Below are positions 39,220 through 52,740 of a DNA stretch of 64,000 nucleotides, in pieces (position 1 is the stretch's first letter; every line of letters begins with the position of its first letter). Below the pieces are notes generated by a model. That model searched no databases and was not told where the DNA came from. It was given only the letters and a program-made list of their open reading frames with translations. The position numbers and the translations under genes were made by a program. Source of the DNA: Bispira polyomma (taxonomy: Eukaryota); contig OZ287751.1 in NCBI GenBank assembly GCA_965649765.1, forward strand, positions 18,104,001-18,168,000. The letters run 5' to 3'.

Positions 39220-39377
39220 ATGTATTCATGAAAGTATTCATGAATACGAATACATTTGCATAGTATACAAATGTGAATACTTTGCCAAAAATAGAAATTT
39301 ATACGAATACGAATGCTTTAAAAAATGTATTCAAATGCATTCGAATGCGAATGCAGAATACGAATACCCCATGCCTG
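39220..39377. repeat. (gaatac)n-rich DNA-element end
   Basis: Multiple gaatac/gtattc motifs ending in cccatgcctg. Confidence 0.5.
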
Positions 39378-39818
39378 GTATACTTTAACAATTCAACAAA
39401 TGTGTTTAAGTTTTACTAATACTGCATCAATTTTCAGTGTATTTATTTTCAGTTTTACTTAATTTAAGAACCTAGCTTATATTGCATTATAGAATTTCAA
39501 TTGAATATAAATCCTAGGTTTTTTCTGTGTACAAGTCGCATCTATTGAAAAATTCTTTCAGAAACAGGTTTAGCCGGAAATGAATTGTCTATAAGTTAAT
39601 TTGTGTGACAATGTATATCAAACAGAGACAGGCTGTTACTAATATTAGTTACATTAACTTATAAAAATACAGTCTACTAAAATTAAGTATAAAGTTAAGT
39701 ATTACATATTCAAAGCTTTTACAAAAGCTCTACATCTATCATGTTACAAGAAATATAAAAGTGGTATTTAATTATAATAATAATATAAATAAAAGTAACT
39801 TTGAACTTTTTTTTTCAG

Positions 39819-39903
39819 GCATGTCAAGGACCTCCTTTTATTGACTGCTATAGTACAGACATTATCACTTATATCAAACTATTTTTGGTTGTTGCTTTTG
39901 TTG
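39819..39903 (+). CDS. TMEM208: TMEM208 exon 5
   Basis: ttttttcag|G CAT GTC AAG...TTG|gtaagt, 85 nt, HVKDLLLLTAIVQTLSLISNYFWLLLLL. Confidence 0.95.
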
Positions 39904-40121
39904 GTAAGTTCTCTAATGTGATTTAATTTATTTACGGGTGGGGCAAGTTATTTAACAGTACTACAAAATAGAATAACGGTTGAGAAACAGAACAGCGACA
40001 AGTAAGTTATTCACCAGTTGAAAGGAATAGGAAATGTATATAGAAAAAAAGGTTGTATAAATAAAGCTCAATCTCGCAGATACACTGACCTTCAGTTCTC
40101 TTATGACCATGTCCCTAACAC

Positions 40122-40280
40122 ATGGCAGTACCCTAGTAGTTAGAAGGGCTTGCTTCACAATGTCGGGCCTCTCACCAATGTGGGTTTGAATCCTGTTTGT
40201 TTCTTTAAGTGAGAAAGTTTGTCAGGTATTTGCTGTAGGTCGGTGGTTGAAGGTGTTTTGGCACTTGTTCCTTCCACCAT
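40122..40280 (+). mobile_element. Older tRNA-SINE with Meta/MESC-like core
   Basis: gggtttgaatcc B box followed by gtgagaaagtttgtcagg...ggtcggtggtt. Confidence 0.65.
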
Positions 40281-40618
40281 TGAATCTGGCCGTCGCGTAC
40301 TTCATGGTAAAAGGGACATGTAGATTTAAAGTGAGGCTTAAAATACCTGTAAATGTCGCCATTTTTGGGGAAACGTATAATTTTTTGTTTTAAACTGAAA
40401 ATAAGTAATAGAGTAAAGACATTCTAGTGTAAATGTAATTATCGATTTTAGTTTTTCCACATATTAAAATGTCTATTGAGATTGGAAAATAGTGTATTTG
40501 GATCCATGATTTCCATGTGTAAACAAAGGAAATGTATGGACACAATATGCTGGGTCCAGTTGTAACTTGTTTTAGCCTTTATCTCTGTATATATTCATTG
40601 CTGTGTTTATATATTTAG

Positions 40619-40741
40619 TTACCCACTCGTGTGTTTCATCTCCTCTGGATAAATATCCTCGGACCATGGTTCTTTGCCGAGGCTCCTGCAGTCGATGAGA
40701 AGAAACAGAAAAAAATGGAAAGAAAAATGAAAAGAAGATAG
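40619..40741 (+). CDS. TMEM208: TMEM208 last coding exon
   Basis: atatttag|TTA... encodes LPTRVFHLLWINILGPWFFAEAPAVDEKKQKKMERKMKRR*, with the conserved W.N.LGPWF motif and basic tail. Confidence 0.95.
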   Translation, partial: LPTRVFHLLWINILGPWFFAEAPAVDEKKQKKMERKMKRR

Positions 40742-41186
40742 AGATTACAAACTGTAGCATATATTTAGGATTTTAATTTAAATTTGTTGATAGATTAATA
40801 TAAATTAAAATGCATATAACATTATGATTTGTAAAATTATTTAACAATTTAAATTGACTAATTGAAAGTTTACTAAATGACTATGATTGTTGAGCTGTCC
40901 ACAAGCTAAAGGGATACACATGTTAATTTTAAAGTAGAACCTCTATTATCTAAACATGTTCAGAAAAGAAAGTTTAATTCAAATAATTGTAGGTTCATAA
41001 AATAGAAGAGGCAAAAAACAGCGAATCATAAATTTAGGAGAATGAAAATGACTTCATAAAATTGAATATTTGCATAATAGAAGTTCTCATAATATTGGTT
41101 CTACTGTATAATTTTGGAAAAAGGTTATGAAATGAGCAGAAACTCTTGTCCAGTGAGATTCATCGATATAGTACTCACAAATATAG

Positions 41187-41395
41187 GGTCCTCGGTAACG
41201 TCTGCTTTAATATCACTGGCCTCTCACCTCTGGGGATCAAATCCCACAGATTCCTTCTTCATGTGAGAAAGTTTGTCAGGTACTTGCCCTAGGTCGGTGG
41301 TTTACAGTGCTTAAGCACTGGTTTCCCCCACCCCTAATCCTGGCCGTCATAAAATGACCAACGCTGTTGAAAGCAACGTAAACCTCACGCAAATT
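41187..41395 (+). mobile_element. tRNA-SINE with Meta/MESC-like core
   Basis: gcctctcacctctgg...atgtgagaaagtttgtcagg...ggtcggtggttt...ggccgtcat...gttgaaagcaacgtaaac. Confidence 0.7.
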
Positions 41396-42454
41396 CTAAA
41401 TTCTGTACTCACAAATAGAGCTGTATTAAACAATATACACCAGAAGATCAATTAGAAAGTATAGAATCTAATATTGTTACAAATATCTTCAAGTTCTCAC
41501 CCCCGTAAATTTGAGACAATATATTAGATTGTTTATATTAAAATATGCGGCAAATGTCTGGTATATGTTGCCAAAGTTTTTAAATTGTTACGGTTATATA
41601 CGAAAGCCCTACCAGATAAGTGCTCAGTACAGCAGAGGTACAGTCTGCATTTTTACACAAAGCATAACATACAAGTACAGTGAGTTGACTCTGTAGAAGA
41701 GACATTTCCAATATCTACAGGATTTGGTTCTACTTATTCCTAGCTTCCACTTATACCTTGTGTAAAAGTAGCATTTTGATACAATGTGTCCATCAATTCT
41801 GTTCTAGTTATACAATGTACATCAATTGCACATATAAGTTGTTCTACTTGGATATAGTCCACTGTATCTTGGATCTCTTGACATTCTTAACTATTAGACC
41901 TCTGTTTGTTTGTCTCTGTATATACAATAGAACCTCTATTGTCCAAACTTTCTATTTATCCAAATATTCAATTTCATGAATACGATTTCACTTTCCCCAA
42001 AATGTTATTTTCTAGTTGTTGTTTTTAATACTAAAGGCTCTCACCAACATAATAGAGGATTCTACTCTAATTGTAAAATATTCACATTATGTCATTATGT
42101 ACTTGCCCATCTTTTGATTTTCCCAAACATCCAACTATTCGCATCCCAAACACACTTACTTTACTTCCAAAATATGGGTCAATTTATGTTGTCAATCTGT
42201 AGCTTTCATTTTTTCATTCATTCATTTTTCAGTTCAAAAAGCTTCAACTATTCACATTCTGTTATTATTTGCTTGAGCTGTACTAATGTAATTGTGTATT
42301 TGCTAATCGTTTTGAGTTCCTTAAAGATCCAACTATTCTTCCTCCCAAACTAACTGGAAAGTCTAAACTAATGCAAGAAGTGGGAGAGAGGTTCTAAAAT
42401 TGATAATAGATTATAAAAAGTCATATTATAGAGGTTCTACTGTAGAGTCAAAAT

Positions 42455-42686
42455 CATTTGTGATGTTGACAATATCATTTAAATGTATCAATTCAAAATG
42501 TATTATTAATTAAAGTCCTGACCTGTGTTAATATCAAGCGACAAATGTATATGATGTGTAAAGATGATAGCATTTGTGATGTTGACAATATCATTTAAAT
42601 GTATCAATTCAAAATGTATTATTAATTAAAGTCCTGACCTGTGTTAATATCAAGCGACAAATGTATATGATGTGTAAAGATGATAG
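42455..42686. repeat. Exact 116-bp tandem duplication
   Basis: catttgtgatgttgac...aagatgatag starts at 42455 and again at 42571. Confidence 0.95.
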
Positions 42687-45600
42687 AAAAGAAGAAAATT
42701 AATTAGTATAATGACATTTAATGTACTAGTTGGAGTTTGCAACTTGATTCATTTTATGGCAATAAACATGTCAATTTGTACTTTAAGTGTTGTTAGTGCT
42801 GATTGACTTTGGCATATTGTTACACCAGAACTCTGTGTGCATGTTATATTTAATAAAACTTGAGTTAATTTAGGTACTGTGGGAGCAAAACTGGTTTGTG
42901 GCTTAACAAAGTAAACAAAACCTCATCTGTGTTAAGCTACACTCCCTTGTTTCTCTAACAAATAATGGTACCAAATACAAAATTCCTATGAGCAGTAGCT
43001 CAAAAATGATCACGCTTATGTTTTCACTTAGAGGTGAAACTCTTTTGCTTAAGTTTGGAAAAATAGGCCAACAGTTTCAGTCTTGGTAGTTATCTTAAAT
43101 GCATCTTTCACAAGAACTATTTAGCTTGGTTGGTTTGTTTGTCACCAAGATTACCAAAACTATCCCGGGGCTTCGGGCAATGATGAATCTATTAAATTTT
43201 GGAGCGGTTAAAGGTAAAAGAGCATATCCAGAAGAAAATCCTTTTTGGCACTGTAGCACCTTGGGAAGTATATGTATTACTGCTGAGTATCCTAGTAAGT
43301 AGTGTATTTTAATATTACAATGACTTTTTGGTGGTTAAAATAGATCCATAAAATTAAACAAAGCACAATAATATTAACCCAATGACTTTCCCCATGCAGA
43401 TAATTCAAATAAACAGTGGTACTTCCGTTCTCCAAATATTCTAATTTATGAACTCATTTCTGCTCTCTCAAATTCATATTTTCCCATTGTTTTATAATAA
43501 AAAGCTTCTAATTAGTTAACTTTCTTTCATCCGAATAAAATCTTGCTCTCCAAAGGTTTTCAGATAATAGAAGTTACTATCAGAAGTGCTAATATATTTT
43601 CTTCCCCAATAGAGAGGTAGTGTTTTTGATGTTGCTGTTAAGACCCATCAAAAAATACTTTTCAAACAAACGTGTGTTCTTGATGTGTAACAGTTTTGGC
43701 CATTTTCTAGTGGCTTCAGGTGAGGAACAGGGCACTATTACTTTGTATTGTCACGAGTCACATTGAGTGATCTGCCAACACAATAAGTATTGACTGTAAG
43801 CACCCCAATAGTGCTATACAATTATATACATGCTACCTATGCGGAAAACAATATATATCCACCAAAAAAGCCATAACTACTACTTAAACTTGACATTCAT
43901 TAAATGTTTAGAGTCATGCTGTTAAAATTTATATGATATTGTATATTTATATAATATTTTACATACTTATTACTGTAGTTCAATCAATAAAGCCTTGAGA
44001 AAGGCTGATAGACTACAGTAACCAATAACAGTAACTCAAGACACACAAAAGGAGATAAACACCATCAGACACCTGTTTGATCACTCACTTTTCTAACACA
44101 GCAGCTTGGCTCAGTATAAAGAAAATTTAAATAAAACTTAAATATTTTATATATCAAATTAACCCTTACTTCTGATACAATATTTTAAAAGTTTATTTGG
44201 ATTGGTAGATATAATATGATATCCTATAAGAAATATAAAAGAATAAATAATATTTTTTAAATATGTTTTTAGTTGTGCACTAATATTAGGCTTGGACTTA
44301 AAGTGGTTGATGTATTGTTTAATGTGAACTGTATTATCTATTGTATTAAAAGTCTTGGGGGATCCCTGGTGTGCATAGGCCATCAACATTTGTTAAACTA
44401 GGAAAGATTATATCCCTATTATCACTCTGGACAAATAAATACATATTATTTAAATACACTACAAGTTTTAGAATTGTTGTTTAATTGTATTAATTTGATC
44501 TGTGGTGCTTAAATATGCTGTACAATAATCACAATAAGTTCAAAGTTTACTTACCTTAAATGAAGATAATAGTGTCCAAAAAAAATCCTGCCGAAAAAAA
44601 CTACTAACTTCATGTAACTGACATCAGTTCAAACTGTGAAAAATCAAGGATAATTTGTGGTGGTGGGCCTTTCCACAATTCAGCTAAGCTCTGCCTACTT
44701 TCTCAATGTCTCACAAATAAATATATATTGATACCCATAAGTATGATGAATTGGAATATTACTTATGGCTGTACACAACCTATAGTTTATAAAATGCATG
44801 TATACTTTCTCCTTGTTGACTTTTTACATGTAATAACTTATTTTTATCTGTTAATTAATTTATGTTGTTTATTTTGTTAAAGCAGATGATTGGTTAAAGT
44901 AGATAGTGTTTTAAACTAAAAGCTAAGAATCTGGATTGATCTGGATAATTTTCAATCCTCCTCTAAAGGTAGTTTAAATCAGACTTTTTTCAAGCTTACC
45001 TTCTTGCATGTAATTGATTAATTCAAACATATTATATTAAACAATTGGCAGGAACAATAATGTTACATAACCCGCTTGCTGTGGTTTGTCTCTGGCCACA
45101 ATACACAGGTGGAGATATCTGAACAAACTCTTTGCTTAAACATCTGACAATAACTATTTAAAATTGTAAAATTGATCATATTTAATACAGTATAGTGAAG
45201 TCATACAGTTGAATATATTTCATTGTAAAATAAATATTGATAGTCACCTGGCATAAAGAGATATATATTTAAATATGAAACAATTGTTGAGACCTCTAAA
45301 TTGAAATGGTATAGTTACACACACAACTGCAACATACATGTAATAACCAACAGTTAAAAAAATTCAAACATTATTTCTATGAGAATATGTTAGTATTGGC
45401 AATGTAATCCTGTATACAAGTCATTGCAATCCTGTATATGAGTCATTGCAATCAAATTTGTCTTTGTAGATATGTTAACAATATCAAGATAAGGTCTAAA
45501 TAATGCTGTGTTTGTAGATAGGGAATATTTAATACCATGTAGAAACAGTATTTTGTGATACGTTAAGGGTAACAACAATCCCAACAAATAATCTTATTTC

Positions 45601-46544
45601 CATGATTTGGTCAAAAAATCTGGATAGCTGTGTGGACGTTATAAAGCAAAGTGTACTGTCCTGAAAGTGAAAATTACTGTTTGTGTGGCAATTATTTCCA
45701 TTTTGTATATGGGAACTTTGATGCAGATATACAGTGGAGGATTTAGATGTTTTCCCCACATGTCACATTTTTATTTTGATTGTATGTGGTTCACTTGTAT
45801 GTTTCAAAAATAGAAATTATATAATCACCTCTTACATCTTTTTTTTTTTTGGTCTACCACATGGTGTGACATGGTTTTGTCTATGCTTCTCTTGTATTTA
45901 CTCTTTACACATATCCCCTTGGGACTGTTACAAGCAATAACAAACATCCTATGTGTGCTGATGATACTCAAATCCAGCTGTCTTTGGGCCATTAAAACAA
46001 CTCCTTACATGCTAGCTGTCTTTCATTAGTTCATGCTTCCAAACATTTCTCTAAATTTAAATCAAATTCACAAAAAAATTGTATGACATTATAATCATTG
46101 GCAATAATATCGTGAGTACTGACAAATATGCAGATAATAAACATGTTATATTATGTTTGTTTGTCATATACTGTCTTCTCCTGTTTTGTAATATATTTTA
46201 ATGCGGTATTGTATATGTATAGATATATATTGAAGGAGAAAACAATGAATATTTACAAATGATAATATATTTACTTCAAAAGCTAAAATTTTAAAATAAA
46301 AAAATGAATATACATGTATATGTAAATACAAATTAACATGTGATTAATTTTTTTAAAAAAAGAAAGAAAATATAGTGAGTCTTTGAAATTATTATTTCCT
46401 ACAACAAACACTTCGCAAAATCATATTATGTCTGTTAACTTTATGTTTTCATTTAATACTTACATTAGAAATGTCTCACTCCTATTTAAAAGAATCAGTG
46501 ATTTTTTTGTTAGACTGTCATTGGTCATTGTTGTAGTTAACGTC

Positions 46545-46638
46545 TTTGTCAGTAGCTGCCTTGGCAACTGCAATTTTGTTTTGTTTGGTGTTTTGTCAGT
46601 AGCTGCCTTGGTAACTGCAATATTGTTCTGTTTGGTGC
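46545..46638. promoter_or_regulatory. 47-bp tandem duplication, each unit carrying an RFX X-box-like motif
   Basis: GCTGCCTTGGCAAC at 46555-46568 and GCTGCCTTGGTAAC at 46602-46615 fit RYYNYY-WW-RRNRAC. Confidence 0.45.
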
Positions 46639-46839
46639 CAACAAGTGTCAAATAATAAAACTGCAGTCTATTTAGAATTATATGTGCATGGCAAATTATT
46701 TTGACCTTGATATCATGTAAAGCCCAAGTATTCTTTTTACCTGAAAAGCTACATCGACCCTCCTAGTTACTATAGAATTCTCTTCAAATTTATTATCACT
46801 ATCTATTTCATTATTTACCATTACAATATTACACACTAC

Positions 46840-47068
46840 ACAGGTTGTCATAAGCTTGTTCAATGTCATAAACTTGTTCGTTTTTTAGAGCTTCTTAAAT
46901 GCCAGCAAAAAAAAAATCCTTGGGAATTTTAAGAAAATATTGTTACAAGTAAAGTAAATCTGTCTTTTGATTATATTTTATAGCAGCTCACATTTAAGAT
47001 AACAATTTTATGAAAGCCTAAAAAAGTGGACAAGTTTATGACATAGGACGAGTTTATGACAACCCATG
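46840..47068. mobile_element. MITE with about 50-bp imperfect TIRs
   Basis: ggttgtcataagcttgttcaatgtcataaacttgttc / ggacaagtttatgacataggacgagtttatgacaacc. Confidence 0.7.
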
Positions 47069-47297
47069 CACAATGAAAAATCTTAATTCCAGCATAATAA
47101 TTTTTAATTGTCTGATATTTAAATATTCGGCAAATTTATAAGAATTTCATACTCTGGTTAATTAGAAGTGTTACTTATGTTACTATAGTATAATACAATT
47201 TTGATTATATAGACGCTGTGAAAGTTATAAATTTGCTTTCTAGCTTAATTATTTTTATATTTGCAAGAGAATATCATTTGTCAATGTATATTAAGTT

Positions 47298-47370
47298 TTG
47301 ATTGGCTCCTACGGTCATGTGATCCTTTAGTTACATGACGTCATCACCTAGGACATTTCTACATGGCAAC
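47298..47370 (+). promoter_or_regulatory. Probable DYRK2 proximal promoter
   Basis: Clustered motifs 200-270 bp before the ATG: reverse CCAAT (gattggct), tcatgtga E/M-box, full CRE TGACGTCA at 47336-47343 and X-box half-site catggcaac. Confidence 0.5.
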
Positions 47371-47567
47371 AGGGGCTTTCACAATGGATCGTTGATGGTG
47401 TGTGACAAAATTTAACATAATTAACTCTTATTAGCATTTGTTTTAGAAAAAATCTAAGGTGGAATTTTAAAATGGATTATCAAGGATGTTATTGGATTTA
47501 ACAAAGACATAATTTCACCCCGCTCGCATCTTAAATTTGGCTAAGAATTTTAAATGAGGATCGCAAA

Positions 47568-49247
47568 ATGTCCACCAAAGTGACTCTCCCGGCTCAGCGA
47601 CAAAGATCTTTTGGAGCATCAGGCGAAAGTCTGTATCACATAGACATGCCATCACACCACTTGCCCCCACTGGCTAGTCAGACTGTTGGAGGTGGAAGCC
47701 ACCACGTAGCGGGTGGGGTGAAGGTCCAGCAGCTTTTTGAAGATCCTAAACACCACGACAATCAACACGAAAAGAAACCAAGGGAAATAGCAAATCAAAA
47801 TGGCGGCGCCCCCAAGGTACAGGCTGAAAACACGTCCTTGTTGCCATCAGTTCGCCCTCCCTCAAGCGTTGGCAGCACTACAAGTAAAAATTCTGCCAAA
47901 AGGGCCCTTGCCCAGAGTCCAGAAACGGCCATGAAGCAGTACATGCACAAGTTAAGTTCCTTTGAGCATCATGAAATATTTAATTACCCACAAATCTTTT
48001 TTGTTGGCCCCAATGCTAAGAAGAGACAAGGCGTCATCGGAGGTGCCAATAATAATGGCTTTGATGATGATCAGGGATCGTATGTGCATGTTCCTCACGA
48101 CCACGTTGCATACCGCTATGAAGTATTGAAGGTGATTGGAAAGGGAAGTTTTGGCCAAGTTGTTAAAGCATATGATCACAAGAGCCATCAGCACATTGCC
48201 GTAAAAATGGTGAGAAATGAGAAGAGATTCCACCGTCAGGCTCAAGAAGAAATCAGAATTTTAGAACATTTGCGAAAACAAGATAAAGAAAATACAATGA
48301 ATATAATACACATTTTTGAACATTTTACCTTTCGGAATCATATCTGCATTACATTCGAGCTTCTGAGCATGAATCTGTATGAACTGATCAAGAAAAACAA
48401 ATTCCAGGGATTTAGTCTGCAACTTGTTAGAAAATTTGCTCACTCAATGTTGCAGTGCCTTGATGCGTTGTACAAAAATAGGATCATACACTGTGATTTG
48501 AAGCCAGAAAATGTCCTGTTAAAACAACAAGGGAGAAGTGGTATCAAGGTTATTGACTTTGGTTCAAGTTGTTATGAACACCAGAGAATATACACATACA
48601 TTCAGTCTCGGTTTTACCGGGCACCTGAGGTTATTTTGGGTGCCAAGTATGGGATGCCTATTGATATGTGGAGTCTAGGTTGCATCCTGGCAGAATTGCT
48701 TACTGGATATCCCTTATTCCCTGGTGAAGATGAGGGGGACCAGTTGGCAACCATTGTTGAACTTGGGGGAATGCCACCTCAGAAACTACTTGAGCAGTCC
48801 AAGCGGGCGAGAAACTTCATCAGTTCCAAAGGATTTCCGAGGTACTGTACTGTCACAACAGGGACTGACGGTCAGGTACAACTTACTGGTGGTCGCTCAA
48901 GGCGGGGAAAATACCGTGGGCCCCCAGGATCTAAAGATCTTGTCACAGCCTTAAAAGGTACTGATGACCCTATGTTCATAGATTTCATGAAGAGATGTCT
49001 TGAATGGGATCCAGCTGTCAGAATTACACCTCCACAGGCCCTTCGACATGCATGGTTAAGACGGCGCCTGCCTAAGCCCCCACCAAATGAAACTGATATC
49101 AAGGGAAGACGTCAGTCTGCATCACGAAGTAGTGTGAATAAATATAACAATGCTAGCGGCAAAACCCGTCTCATTGCTACTTCAGAAGATGTTGTTCCTT
49201 CAATTAATGCTAGGCAAAAATTGCCACAGATCGGATCAACTATGTGA
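47568..49247 (+). CDS. DYRK2: Dual-specificity tyrosine-phosphorylation-regulated kinase 2/3-like (class 2 DYRK), uninterrupted ORF, 559 aa
   Basis: NAPA-like region ([19 protein letters not shown]), DH box (FDDDQGSY), [19 protein letters not shown], activation-loop [13 protein letters not shown] and the class-2 insert [13 protein letters not shown]. Confidence 0.96.
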   Translation: MSTKVTLPAQRQRSFGASGESLYHIDMPSHHLPPLASQTVGGGSHHVAGGVKVQQLFEDPKHHDNQHEKKPREIANQNGGAPKVQAENTSLLPSVRPPSSVGSTTSKNSAKRALAQSPETAMKQYMHKLSSFEHHEIFNYPQIFFVGPNAKKRQGVIGGANNNGFDDDQGSYVHVPHDHVAYRYEVLKVIGKGSFGQVVKAYDHKSHQHIAVKMVRNEKRFHRQAQEEIRILEHLRKQDKENTMNIIHIFEHFTFRNHICITFELLSMNLYELIKKNKFQGFSLQLVRKFAHSMLQCLDALYKNRIIHCDLKPENVLLKQQGRSGIKVIDFGSSCYEHQRIYTYIQSRFYRAPEVILGAKYGMPIDMWSLGCILAELLTGYPLFPGEDEGDQLATIVELGGMPPQKLLEQSKRARNFISSKGFPRYCTVTTGTDGQVQLTGGRSRRGKYRGPPGSKDLVTALKGTDDPMFIDFMKRCLEWDPAVRITPPQALRHAWLRRRLPKPPPNETDIKGRRQSASRSSVNKYNNASGKTRLIATSEDVVPSINARQKLPQIGSTM

Positions 49248-52089
49248 TAATTTAATTTTTTTCTGTGCATGATCATATCTCTGTCAAATAATTTATGTGA
49301 AGTTGGTGCTGTGAATTGAAAGCTGTTTTGTTTTTATTTATGTATTCATCAGTGAAAAACTGTTAAATTTACAAAATTTGTGTTTTTTTGGAAATATGTC
49401 TTTTGACCGGGAATTGGGATAAGATTATAAAATAAACTTTGGCTGAACTTTATTTTTAAAATTAAGGGCACACTTTTTCTGGAGTAAAGAGAATGTTTAA
49501 CTTCAACCAGTATTCTATTGTGACTTAAAACTGAGTTTTATTCATTTGCTGTTGCAAGGATTGTTTATTCTTTAGTATACTAATCATGTTTACTAGGAAA
49601 TAAGTATAGTAAAATTAAGAGTAACTTGTTCCGAGTAGGAAATATCAAAAAGTGAGGTTTTGCTGTTTTCTTATTAAGTCTTGTAGGCTTTTAAAGTTTT
49701 TTTGTGCAAGACAGTTTCCACTTAAAATCGGAAAATGTTTAGATATTAATTTCACTTTGTATTAGTATATTACATTTATCCAATTTTAAATCTTTTTTCA
49801 GTATTATCTTGCTGCTTTTATTTTATCTTGTCTTCACAGATAGTATCTGTCCGATACATCTGTTTTTTAAATGACAAAACAATAAACTGAACTGTTTAGC
49901 CATTTTTTTTTTTCTTAAGAAGTTTTAGTTTCGCAAGTATCATGTATATGTAACTTATATCAGAGTTTTTTTAACTTTCCCTGCATGAAACTTTCTCCAA
50001 CAGTGGATAAATATCCCTATATTTAAACACAATTAAGTTGTGTAGCTCTCCTCAATTTCAGTGTGTCCTTTGTTGAGCATAAGTAATTGTACAATAAGCT
50101 GTGATTGAAATGATCTCATTTTATTTTTACTTTGTTCTTTAGATTTACAAGACATGTAATAGACTGGTACTTATATATGTGGTTACAGCATGAACAACGT
50201 TTGAAAGCGATATCAGGGTATAGCAATAAATCTGCATGAAATTAATATTTGATAACACCACATTCAGCCATTTGACTTTGTAAATTTGGTTTTAAGATTT
50301 TATATATATTTTTGGCTTTTAGAAAGTGTTAGTTTGATTAAAAAGTTCCATATATAAACGTTTTCTGTATTCCTTGTTTACTTCGGTATTTTTATATTTG
50401 TGTTAATTATATGTTGATGGTGTATACCTCTCCGGGTATTTATATTGTTTTAGTTTGTCTATACATATTGATGGAAGATAATACTCTTGGTGATGCAAAA
50501 TCAAAACATTACAATAACCAAATTTTTTTTGAATATTTTCCATCTTACTTATATATTCTATTGAGGTTTGTTGAATCAAAATAATTTTAGAGTGTAAATA
50601 CTTTTTAAGAAATATATCTATTGTTATTAAGTATGAGCCCTGAACAGTTGTATCAGTTAGCTTCAATACCTGATGCATTTTATGTAGTGCTGTGTCTAGG
50701 AAAGTCTTTAGACCCATATATTATATTTTAAGAACTTTTTTAGCTATTTGAATAATTAAAAGGGGCTTTTTTATAGCTGAATGCAGGCGTGTAAGTGGGT
50801 ACTGGGTTACTCAAAAACAGTCTCTAATTCCTGACAAACTGAAGTAAAAGTGTCTTTAATCTATATTACATGTATTAGATATCTTTTAAAAGTAATCGCA
50901 CAGTTTTTCTCATTGTACACTCAAAACATTACAATGTTTTTGGTTTAATATTAGTGTGTAAACAGTTTCCTTCTAGTATTCCCCTATATATGTATATCTT
51001 TGTTGCTGAACTAGTTCTTGTAACTATACCAGATAAAACCTGATAAATGATGCAAGGACCTGGAAATTGAGTCTGTTTACCGTTTGTGATCAAATGTTCC
51101 TATCTTTTGTACCTGTACCAATCCCAGTTTAACCATTAATCCATTTTGTGAACAGTTTCGAACTGTTTGATTTATTATTTTAATTGATTTATTCACTATG
51201 TTAGAAAACTGAATTGTTTATTGAATAGTGAATATCACTGAGAACTACTCTGGCTAATAATGTTTCTTGTAGTGGTGCATACCAAGGTAATTTAATTGAA
51301 AAGTGTTAGTCAATGTAAGATGTAATACTGAAGTTTATTAACGTATAATTTGAGCAATAAACCAGTGCCTGCTGTTGGTCGATATATATTTTAAGCTGAA
51401 AGATCTGCCCTTTTTAAATGTTAAAAGTTGTAAACTAGCTTAAATAGGTAATTACTTGACACAATGTTTAGAACATATCTCTCTCTTTCACTTGATCTTT
51501 GTGTTTTGCCACAGTGTCTCACAGTAAATAAGTTTGTTCAGTTTTGTAAATCATTGGTACACAAATAGCAAACAACTTTGTAATAATTTATTAATTGAAC
51601 TGCAAATGGAGAAGCTGCACGCTTTTGACTGTATATTTTCCCAAATGAGCAAAGAAATGCAAGTGCAAATATGTTGCAGTATGAAAGTAAATATCACTTT
51701 ATATACTTTTTACAATGCTCAGAATTTATGTGGTTTTAATTTTCTTAACTTATAGCTTACTATTATTGCATAATGTAGATAATGTCGTTTGCTTTTGTGA
51801 GATTGTGCTTGATTGTGTAAATAAGACGTTTGTACCAATTAACAAGAAGAGACAACTGTTCAGCATTGCCTGTTTTAGCATGTACATGTTGGCTGTACAG
51901 CACATAGTGTTATAAAAGTGGTTGCATTTTTTTGGACAACCATGTTTTTTGATATTTGTTTTAGAAAATACCAGGTAAATAAATATTGTTAAAACTTTAA
52001 GTAGGAGTTTTTGTTTTTCACCTGTTGAGAAAAAAAAAATCATCGTTTGCCAAGTCTTTCCTTTCCTAGTTACATATTCATTCTGGAGT

Positions 52090-52740
52090 CTCCTTAGATA
52101 TGACCACCTTCTATTAAAGGACATTGCAAGACTTAAATATGCTGATGATAAATGCACCTTGGTATCCACTATGATGGAAATTAAGTGCTATAAAAGTTTA
52201 AATAGATTCGTTTAAATTTAGCTTTCTGGTTTAGTTAAATATCTTAGAAAGAGGATTATACATTTGCTTCAAATTATTTGAATGTTGTAATCCATATTAA
52301 ACCACTCTTTACTGGTATACCAGAGATGACATCCACAGCTAATAATGTGAAAGGTGATGAGGCATCTTCCTTATAAGGACTAGATCTTAAAAAGTTTGTA
52401 TTTGGTACAAATGGTTTTTTGGTGGAGTTGATGTGCCCCCTCGATGTGTGTGCCCATTTTGTTAAAGTACTGACCTTGACCGTAAAAGTCTCATCAGGAC
52501 TACTAATAATGGGAGGAGTTCCCATTTCATGCAAAAATTAGGTGGTGGAAGTTTTATCCTGATCCAACAAATATTGCCTGACCATAGTAGTAATGACTTT
52601 GACCTACAAATCCTGCCTGGATAATACCAGGATTATTCCATCTCGGAAACAACTTGTCACAGAAGTTAATTTGGTTATATAAGTGGAATTAATGTTAACT
52701 CTGTCCATTTTTTGTTTAGAAATCAATAGAATGTACATTT
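52090..52740 (+). pseudogene. Highly decayed LINE RT remnant
   Basis: aaatatgctgatgat (KYADD) and aaaagtctcatcagg (KSLIR) at plausible spacing; otherwise unreadable. Confidence 0.35.

Noticed and set aside
47952-49102. Overlapping or antisense ORFs inside DYRK2
   Set aside because: These are shadow frames of a conserved CDS with no recognisable motifs.
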